Origin: an uncultured Thermoleophilia bacterium
GTDB taxonomy: Bacteria; Actinomycetota; Thermoleophilia; UBA2241
DNA: 64,000 nucleotides
Assembly (NCBI GenBank): GCA_963702475.1
Contig: CAVPCT010000009.1
Coordinates: 96,001 to 160,000, forward strand
Reading direction: 5' to 3'
This document shows, piece after piece, positions 9,998-17,888 of this stretch. The notes beneath the pieces were generated by a model that saw only the letters and a list, made by a program, of their open reading frames with translations, made no database searches and was not told where the DNA came from. A program made the translations under genes and the position numbers. The number at the start of each line of letters is the position of its first letter. Within the stretch, counting starts at the first letter, position 1.

Positions 9998-12610
9998 TCA
10001 GACCTGCTGCGCGTCCGGCAGGCGCTCCACCTGGATCAGCGCGGTGTTGCACGCCTGCCCCGGCGAGGTGGGCGTGATGAAGCGCTTCGGCGTCAGGATG
10101 TTGATGCAGCCGGCGAGGTCGGGCGAATGCCCCGGCTCGCCGGCCGGCTCGTAGTCGGCGCACGACTCGTAGCAGTGCACCGTGCCGGGGCGCACGCGCT
10201 CGGTCACGTAGGCGGCCAGGAGCACCTCGCCGCGGTCGTTGAAGGCGCGCACGAGGTCGCCGTGGGCGACGCCGCGCGCCTCCGCGTCCTCGCTGTTCAG
10301 GCGGATGATCCAGTAGTGCCGCCCGTCGTCCTTGAGCAGGCGGTGTTCTTCGATGTCCACAGCCCATGCGTCCTTGCCGTCGCCGTGCGTGTGGAAGCTG
10401 AAGCGCGGGTGGGGCGAGAGCAGCTGCAGCGGGTACCTCGCCGTGAGGTCGGCCGTCCGGTGGCCCTCCCAGCTCTCGATGTACTGGGGGCCCATGGCCG
10501 GGCGCTCGTCATCGACCACCTCGCCGCTCTCGTAGAACCGTGTGAGGCTCGAGCTCACGAACTCGATCTTGCCGGTGGTGGTCTGCAGGCCCTTGCGGCC
10601 CACGGTGTCCCACGGCGGCGGGCCCCAGTCCGGGGTGTCGCGCTCGCGGTCCTCGGCGAACCAGCGCAATGCCGGCGTCGAGCGGTGCGGCTCCGGCACC
10701 GGGACCACGTAGTAGCCCTTCTCATAGAACTCGTCCCAGGAGATGCGCTCGGGCAGGTCGCTGGCCTCGAAGATGCGCTTCGCCCAGTCCAGCTCCGTCA
10801 GCCCGCCCTCGGTGTAGATGTTGCCGATGCCCAGCTTGCCGGCCAGGGCCGCGAAGATCTCGTAGTCGGAGCGGGACTCGGCCAGCGGCTCGATGCACTT
10901 CTTCTGCAGGACGATGATCCTGTGGTTGACCTGCTCGAACTTGTGCGTGCCGTAGCCCGAGGCGTGCGCCCAGTCGCCGATGTCCCAGCGCTCGAAGTTG
11001 GTGCAGGCCGGCAGCACGATGTCGGCGAAGCGGGTCTCGCCCTCCATCCAGATGGCCTGGCTGACCACCGTCGGGATCATGCCCTCGCGGTAGGCGGTCA
11101 CGTAGCGGTTGGTCTCGGTCATGGTGCCGATGAACGAGCCCCCGTAGCGGTAGTACATCTGCACGTGGGGATAGCCGGGGGCGGGGTACTCGTACTTCTG
11201 GAACTGCGACTCGATGGACGAGCCGCAGAAGCCCTTGCCGTGCCACTGCAGCTTCTCGTGGCGCATGGCCTCGGGGATGCGCAGGCGGGGCACCGTCTGG
11301 CCCTCGGTGGAGTGCTGCGGGTTGCTGAGGAAGCCGCCGTTGGGCCACATGCGGCTGGCGAGCTGCTTGCCGGCGGCCGTCCCCGCTACGTCCCCGGAGA
11401 TGCCGCCCTCGGCGTAGCCGGGGAAGAAGAAGTCGGTGTCGAACGGCACGCCGCTCGTGGTGGACCAGAGGTTCTGGCCGGGCTTGCCGAGGCCCTGCAT
11501 GGCGACCAGGGCGATCATGGCGCGCGCCCACTCGTTGCCGCTGGAGGCGCGGCAGGCGCCGCCCCAGCCGCCCTGGCCGCCGGCGGCGAGCATGGTCTTC
11601 TTGCACGCCCAGGCGCGCGCCAGCGCGCGGATCTGGCGCGCCGGCACGCCGCACTCGTCCGCGGCCCAGGCCGCGGTCTTCGGCGTGCCGTCGCTCTCGC
11701 CCAGCACGTAGGCCTTCCACTCGCCGAAGCCGTGCGTGTGCGTGTGCACGTACTCGACGTCGTAGGTGCCCTCCATGAGCCACGTGTGGGCGATGCCCAG
11801 GGCCAGCGCCACGTCGGTACCCAGCCGCGGCGCCAGCCACGTGTCGCCGAGCAGCGCCGCGGTGTGGTTGTGGTACGGGTCGATGAAGACCATCTGCACG
11901 CCGAGCTGCTTGAGCCAGTCACGCCGCGAGGTGCTCTCGAACGAGGCGTACACACCGCCGGTGGTCTCGGGGTCGGACGACCAGAACACCATCAGCTCGG
12001 TGTGCCTGAGGGCGTCCTCGAGCATGTCGTACTGCTCGGGGATGCCGAGGCGGTGGCTGAAGCCCCACATGTGGACGCCGCCCCATTGCCAACCTTCCCA
12101 GCTGTCGGGGTTGTGCTCGCCGTAGGTGTAGCCGACGAGGTTCATGAAGCGGTTGTAGGCGCTGAAGCGGTAGCCCACGTTGCCCCAGAGATGGTGGGAG
12201 CCCGGCGTGGTGAGCATGCCGGCCGGGCCGACCTCGCGCTTGATGCGGACGATCTCGGCGGCCACGATGTCCAGGGCCTCGTCCCAGCTGATGGGCTCGT
12301 AGCCGGACTCGCCGCGGGTGTGGATGTTGCGGGCGCCGTCCGGGTCCCAGTCGACGCGCTTGAGCGGCGTGAGGATGCGCGACGGCGAGTAGATCGTCGA
12401 GCGATGGGCGACCGTCCAGGGCGAGAGCGTCGTCTTGCGCGGCGGCGAGAACGAGCGGCCGCGCGCCTGGATGGTCCAGGACGGCGCGTCGCTCTCGTCG
12501 AGCTGCAGCGGGATGATGCGTCGGATACGGCCGTCGGCCACGTCCACGTGCACGGGTCCGCCGGTGGTCAGATTGGTGAGGCGCCGGACCTCGGAGGTCG
12601 TTGCGGTCAT
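9998..12610 (-). CDS. Pyrogallol transhydroxylase large subunit-like Mo-bisPGD enzyme (most AthL-like copy)
   Basis: TPGSHHLWGNVGYR, NPDSWEGW, GGWGGACRAS, FPGYAEGGISGD, LPACTNFERWD, SPHPRFSFHT; no Tat signal, no N-terminal FeS motif. Confidence 0.9.
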   Translation of the reverse strand: MTATTSEVRRLTNLTTGGPVHVDVADGRIRRIIPLQLDESDAPSWTIQARGRSFSPPRKTTLSPWTVAHRSTIYSPSRILTPLKRVDWDPDGARNIHTRGESGYEPISWDEALDIVAAEIVRIKREVGPAGMLTTPGSHHLWGNVGYRFSAYNRFMNLVGYTYGEHNPDSWEGWQWGGVHMWGFSHRLGIPEQYDMLEDALRHTELMVFWSSDPETTGGVYASFESTSRRDWLKQLGVQMVFIDPYHNHTAALLGDTWLAPRLGTDVALALGIAHTWLMEGTYDVEYVHTHTHGFGEWKAYVLGESDGTPKTAAWAADECGVPARQIRALARAWACKKTMLAAGGQGGWGGACRASSGNEWARAMIALVAMQGLGKPGQNLWSTTSGVPFDTDFFFPGYAEGGISGDVAGTAAGKQLASRMWPNGGFLSNPQHSTEGQTVPRLRIPEAMRHEKLQWHGKGFCGSSIESQFQKYEYPAPGYPHVQMYYRYGGSFIGTMTETNRYVTAYREGMIPTVVSQAIWMEGETRFADIVLPACTNFERWDIGDWAHASGYGTHKFEQVNHRIIVLQKKCIEPLAESRSDYEIFAALAGKLGIGNIYTEGGLTELDWAKRIFEASDLPERISWDEFYEKGYYVVPVPEPHRSTPALRWFAEDRERDTPDWGPPPWDTVGRKGLQTTTGKIEFVSSSLTRFYESGEVVDDERPAMGPQYIESWEGHRTADLTARYPLQLLSPHPRFSFHTHGDGKDAWAVDIEEHRLLKDDGRHYWIIRLNSEDAEARGVAHGDLVRAFNDRGEVLLAAYVTERVRPGTVHCYESCADYEPAGEPGHSPDLAGCINILTPKRFITPTSPGQACNTALIQVERLPDAQQV

Positions 12611-12801
12611 CGTGGGGTCACCGTCCAGATGTGGGGCGTCAGGGCCCGGTTCTACGACGGCGATTGTACCGCGTAGCGGAATGTCACGTCCACAATGCGG
12701 TCCGCTGCACGGAACGGTCGCAACGCCGGCGCGCCCGGCGCGCCCGACGGCCCTAGCCCGAGGCGACGGCACACTGAGGTGTCCTGTCCGGACCCTCCGC
12801 G

Positions 12802-12823
12802 TTGATAGCTCGAGAGCTATCAA
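12802..12823. repeat. Perfect 10-bp inverted repeat TTGATAGCTC-ga-GAGCTATCAA
   Basis: Directly visible AT-rich palindrome in a GC-rich intergenic region. Confidence 0.7.
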
Positions 12824-13046
12824 GACCGAGTGTCCCGCGAGGTACTCCCTCACGCCCACGACGCGTCCGCGTCCGGGCCGTCGCACGGCCCGTGAGCGGC
12901 CCGGCCGGCGTCCGCTCCGGCAGGCTCGGCGCCGACACGCTCGGCGCGCCCGCCGGCAGCCCGTACGCGGCCCGGCCCGCGGCGCCTGAGGCGGCGGCGG
13001 CGCGGGCCGGGCGGAGCGGGCCGGGCAGGGGGAGGGCCCGGCCGCG

Positions 13047-15251
13047 TCAGGCTTTGCCGTATGTGGGCACCGTCCCGTAGTTCTCCGTGGTGAACACCTC
13101 GTCCTGCAGCTCCTCGGGCCTGGCCTTGTAGACCTTGCAGATGAGGCAGGTCATGTCCGGCGACCCGTACATGGGGTCGAGGTGGTCGTTGCTGGTGCAC
13201 ACGTTGGGGTTCGAGATGAACACGCCGTGGTACCCCTCTGCCGAGGCCTCGGGATAGAACCAGTTGGCGGTGCACATGATCATGCCCTTCTTGATCCCCG
13301 GGAACTCGTGCAGCTTCTGGCGGATGCGCCCGCGCTTGGTCTCGATCCAGATGATGTCGCCGTCTTCCACGTCGTACTTCTTCGCGGTCTCGGGGTGCAT
13401 CTGGCACTGCGGGAACTCCATGTAGCTGCGCAGCCAGGGGATGTTGCGGTACTGGCCCAGGAAGTAGAAGGGCTGGCGGAAGCCGGTGCTCATGACGACC
13501 GGGTACTCCTCGAAGAGCTCCGGCGTGCTCACCGGGCTCTCGCCCGGCTCGCGGAACACGGGCAGCGGGTCGTACCCGAGCGACTCCAGGTGCTTGGACC
13601 AGAACTCGAACTTCTTCGTGGGCGTCGGGAACCCGCCGCCCTCGTGCCAGTAGTCGGTCCTGTACTTGTAGTAGACCTGGTCGGGGCCCATGCACGCGCT
13701 GACGAGGTTCTGGCTGAAGTCCTTCCACTTCATGGTGCCGTCCATGCCCTTGCGCACCTGGTAGTCGAGCAGGTCGTCCGTGTTGTCGAACCACTTGTCG
13801 GTGACGCGCCGGCCGACCTCGTTGAAGATCCAGGCGTCCGACTTCGCCTCACCGGGCGGCTCGATGACCTTGTTGTGCGCCTCGATCATGAAACGCGGGT
13901 GCATGTCGTACACGTCGTCGAGCTCGAGCCAGTGGGCGGCCGGCAACACGATGTCGGCCGCCTCGGCCATCGGCCCCATGAAGAGGTCGGTGTGGCTCAT
14001 GAACTCGACCTTCTCGATGGCCGCCACGACCTCTTTGGTGTTGGCCATGTGCACGATCTGCTGGCCGCCGACGCTGAACCACACCCTGATCGGCGCCTCC
14101 CCGCGGTTGAGCGCCTTCACCATGGTGTCGGGGTTGCAGGTGCGGGCGGCGCCCATCTTGTACGTGTCGCCGCCGATGATGTGGCTCTTCATCTCGTCGG
14201 TGATCGGCAGCTCGAGGAAGAAGTCCTCGATGAGGCCGGTCTCGGGCAGCACCCACGTGATCATGCTGCCCGGCCTTTCGATGTTGCCGGTCAGGCCCAT
14301 GAGGCAGGTGATGGCGCGCAGCGTGTGGCCGCAGTTGGCCTGACGCTCCAGCGAGCTGCCCACCTGGATGCACCCCGGCGTGTCGACGGCCCATAGGCTC
14401 GGCGGCCTGCGTCACGTGTTCCCTGGGGATCCAGCAGATATCGGAGACCTTCTCCGGGCGTGAAGTCCCTGGCCCGCTCCCTGAGCTCGTCGAACCCATA
14501 GGTCCAGTTGTCGCACGAACTCCTTGTCCCAGAGCTCGTTCTCGATGATGTCGTTGATCATGCCCAGAGCCAGGGCGCAGTCGGTGCCCACCCGCGGCTG
14601 GATCCAGAGGGTGGCGCGCGAGGCGTAGGCGGACGCGCGCGGGTCGATGATGATCAGATTCTTGGCGTAGTCCAGCGAGTTCATGAACCAGTAGGCCATC
14701 TCGGAGTCGGCGCTGCTGATCTCCAGCTGCTTTGCCCACGAGATCTGGGTCTTGGGGAACTCGCCGCCCCAGCCGTGGTAATCGCAGTACAGGCGGCCGT
14801 AGCCCGTGACCAGGCCGTAGAGGCCGAGGCGTGGGCTGTGACACACGTAGCCGGGGGTGATGGCGTTGCCGGTGCCCAGCGAGCGCGCCATCTTCATGGT
14901 GTAGCGGTTGTAGCCGCGGCCGGTGCCCTGCGAGACGGCGATGGAGTGCGGGCCGGGGTCGGCGATCGCCGCCTTCATCTTGTCGGCGATGGTGTCGAGC
15001 GCCTCATCCCAGGTGATGCGCTCCCACTTGCCGCTGCCCTTGGGCCCGACGCGCTTCATCGGGTGCTTGATGCGGTACGGGTTGTCGATGTGCTGGATGC
15101 TCGAGAGACCCTTGGAGCACATGGTGCCCCGGGTGGTCGAGTCCGGGTTGCCCTGGATGTGGACGATGACGTCGTCTTCCAGAGTGACGATCACCCCACA
15201 GCCGCCGTGGCAGCTCTTGCACGTCGTCAGGACTTGCCTACGTTCACCCAT
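13047..15251 (-). CDS. Mo/W-bisPGD oxidoreductase, acetylene hydratase/catechol dehydroxylase-like; frameshifts near 14380-14520
   Basis: N-terminal CKSCHGGC..CSKG [4Fe-4S] motif, RIKHPMKR, ITWDEALD, TPGYVCH (candidate Cys ligand), ADIVLPAAHWLE, MHPETA. Confidence 0.85.
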
Positions 15252-15281
15252 TGTCTCTCTCCTGACAGGTCGTGGCCGCCA

Positions 15282-16261
15282 TCACGCGACCTTCGGGAGG
15301 ACGGACCGGTAGATGCCGACCTTGAGCACCGAGTACTTCAGCGCGAACGCGCCGACGGTGTGGCCGATGATGGCCACGATGAGCAGGCCCTCGGTGTGGC
15401 TGCCCATGGCCAGCGTCGCGAACGAGATGACCAGCGGCGTGATGATGCCCAGGAGCACGAGCAGGATCCAGAAGACCCAGCTTCTGGCTGCCCTTGATGA
15501 GGTCGTTGGCCGCCACCTCGGCGGCGGAATGCCGCCGGTAGGCGCGGAGCAGGTACCCGGCGATGAGCAGGGCGTTGGCGATGAGGAAGATGCGGCTCCA
15601 CGTCTCGAGCGTGCCGATGACGATTCGTCGGCGCCGCCCGTGGCGAGGTTGACGCCCATGGCCAGCGCCAGGCCGTCGGCGAAGCCCATCAGCACGAACA
15701 CGAGAGGCAGCAGGCCGGTGTTCCAGAACTGCAGGCCCTTGCAGTAGCTCATGGCGAACCCGCAGTAGGCGCCGGTGAGCACCATGAAGACGCCGGCGAT
15801 GATGCCGGTGATCCACGAGAGCACCGACAGCGTGGACACGGCCGAGGCTCCCAGGTCGCCCCAGAGCAGGAAGCCCCAGAACACGAGCTGGAGGAAGCCG
15901 AACCCACGAAGATGGTCGTGAACACCACGCCGCGCGCCATCCACGACGTCTTCCACGCCTTGCTGAACGGCGGGAAGGCGCGCCAGAAGCGGAGCGGCTT
16001 GCCGAGGTAGAAGAGGTGCAGGGGGAACTTGAACAGGACGATCATGAGCCAGCCGGCGACGGTCGCCCAGAACGCCCAGGCGGTGATCTCCCAGGCGCCG
16101 GCGATGAGACCGACCAGGTAGGTGCCCATGCCGAGCGCCGAGAAGACCTCGGCCAGCCACACCATGAGGCCCTTGCCGGCGATCCACTCGGTCTGCCGCA
16201 TGGGCTTGACCATCCACTCGTGGGTGGTGATCCACTGGCGGCGGGTCTGGACCTTGGTCAT
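15282..16261 (-). CDS. NrfD/PsrC/DmsC-like membrane anchor, frameshifted
   Basis: Multiple hydrophobic helices; HLFYLGKPLRFWRA..SWMARG, FWNTGLLP; lies between FeS subunit and Mo enzyme. Confidence 0.75.
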
Positions 16262-17049
16262 GACGTCACCTCCGCCTCGTCCGGGTCGCGGCCGTAGATG
16301 CGCCGGTAGGCGTCACGGTCGACGGTGCTGAGGTGCTGGAGGTGGCTGCCGGTCTGCGCCTCGCGCGGCGCCTTGTTCGACGGCGCGCCGCCCAGCTTGT
16401 AGTCGACGTACCACACCGACGGGTCGGTGGCGTACTCAGTGCGCAGCTGGAATCCCCCACGGTCGCGGATGAGCCGCGACACGTTGCTCTCGGGGTCGTC
16501 GAGGTCGCCGAACGTGAGGGCGCGCGCCTGGCAGGTGTTGACGCACGCCGGGGTGGCGTCCCTGTCGATGCCGGGCAAGAGCCCCCTGGACATGCCGTCG
16601 TCGATGCGCTCCGCGCAGAAGTTGCACTTCTCCGTGGTGCCGCGCTGGTGCGGGTAGAGCTTCTCTCCCGCCTTCTCGAACCTGGTCTTCTCGAAGCCGG
16701 GAAAGTACCCCGGGTCCTTGTCCTTGGAGACGAAGGTGCGGTTCTGGTACGGGCAGGCGATGACGCAGTACCGACAGCCGATGCACTTGTCGTGGTCGAT
16801 GACGACGATGCCGTCCTCGCGCTGGTGTGACGCCTCGGTGGGGCAGGCGTGCACGCACGGGGCGTCGGAGCACTGGTTGCAGCGCACCGGGTACGTGCTG
16901 ACGTCGACGGCGCCCTGCTCGTCCACCTCATAGGCGATGAGTTTCACCCAGGTGATGTGCAGCGGCAGGAAGTGCTCGATCCTGCACGCGGCCACGCAGG
17001 CGTGACAGCGCATGCACTTCGCCAGGTTGATGACCATTCCCCATCTCAT
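16258..17049 (-). CDS. 4Fe-4S dicluster protein (DmsB/NrfC-like)
   Basis: CMRCHACVAAC, CNQCSDAPCVHACP, CIGCRYCVIACP, KCNFC..PACVNTC, FGDLDDP. Confidence 0.9.
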   Translation of the reverse strand: MRWGMVINLAKCMRCHACVAACRIEHFLPLHITWVKLIAYEVDEQGAVDVSTYPVRCNQCSDAPCVHACPTEASHQREDGIVVIDHDKCIGCRYCVIACPYQNRTFVSKDKDPGYFPGFEKTRFEKAGEKLYPHQRGTTEKCNFCAERIDDGMSRGLLPGIDRDATPACVNTCQARALTFGDLDDPESNVSRLIRDRGGFQLRTEYATDPSVWYVDYKLGGAPSNKAPREAQTGSHLQHLSTVDRDAYRRIYGRDPDEAEVTS

Positions 17050-17078
17050 GGGCAGTCTCCCGTGGTCGGGGTGCGGGC

Positions 17079-17888
17079 CTACCGCGTCAGGGGGACGTCG
17101 CCAAGGCTGACGTCCTTGTCGGTCTGGACTTCGCAGGTGGCCGGCGCGAACCCGTCCGCGGCGATGGTGACCGCGTACGTGCCTTCCTCGAGCCCGTGGA
17201 GCCAGAAGTCGCCGAACGCGTCGGTCTGCGTCGAGCACGACGCGCCGTCGGCCGCCGTGGCTGTGACGGTGGCGCCGACCACGACCTCCTTTTCGGCCGG
17301 GTCGTACACCGTGCCGGCGATGAACCTCTTCGGGACGTTGAGGTAGTACACCCGCGGCTTGGTGCCGGCCTCGGGCTTCTTGACCTGCGCCTGCGCGATG
17401 AGGTCGGCGAACTCGTCCTGGTCGCCGAACTTGAGCGCGCCGGTGGGGCAGGAGTCCACACAGCGCGGGGCCTCCCAGCCGCCGTCCAGCAGGTGGGCGC
17501 AGCCGGTGCACTTCTGCGCCAGGTTGAGGTCTTCGTTGAAGGAGATAGCGCGGTACGGGCAGGCATCGACGCAACTCCTGCAGCCGGTGCACCTGTCGGT
17601 GTCGATGACGACCAGGCCGTCGTCGCGCTTGTACATCGCGCCCTCGACCTTGCACGAGGCCATGCAGGGCGCCTCGTCGCAGTGGTTGCAGTGGTTGGCG
17701 ACGTAGTGCATGCGCACCTGCGGCACCTGGCCGCAGATGTGCTCGTCCACGCGCATCCAGAACTGGCCGTAGTCGGGTTGCGGTTTGGCGATGGGGGCCC
17801 AGTCGTTGCCCACGTGCTCGTCCTTGCAGGCGAACTGGCAGCCGAAGCAGCCGTTGCAGATGCCGACGTCCACGATGAACGCTTTCAT
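17079..17888 (-). CDS. Transhydroxylase small subunit-like FeS protein (16 cluster Cys) with C-terminal beta-sandwich
   Basis: CNGCFGCQFACKDEH, CNHC..PCMASC, CTGCRSCVDACP, CTGC..CVDSCP; TDAFGDFW..L..GTY tail. Confidence 0.88.
   Translation of the reverse strand: MKAFIVDVGICNGCFGCQFACKDEHVGNDWAPIAKPQPDYGQFWMRVDEHICGQVPQVRMHYVANHCNHCDEAPCMASCKVEGAMYKRDDGLVVIDTDRCTGCRSCVDACPYRAISFNEDLNLAQKCTGCAHLLDGGWEAPRCVDSCPTGALKFGDQDEFADLIAQAQVKKPEAGTKPRVYYLNVPKRFIAGTVYDPAEKEVVVGATVTATAADGASCSTQTDAFGDFWLHGLEEGTYAVTIAADGFAPATCEVQTDKDVSLGDVPLTR

Noticed and set aside
12860-13046. GC-rich quasi-repeats (also 9920-9997) as a repeat array or CRISPR
   Set aside because: No constant repeat-spacer periodicity and no cas genes; low-complexity intergenic sequence.
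13047-15251. Calling this gene acetylene hydratase or formate dehydrogenase
   Set aside because: It has His rather than the catalytic Asp in the cluster motif and lacks the FDH (C/U)H..RGxxN context; only the family-level call is supported.
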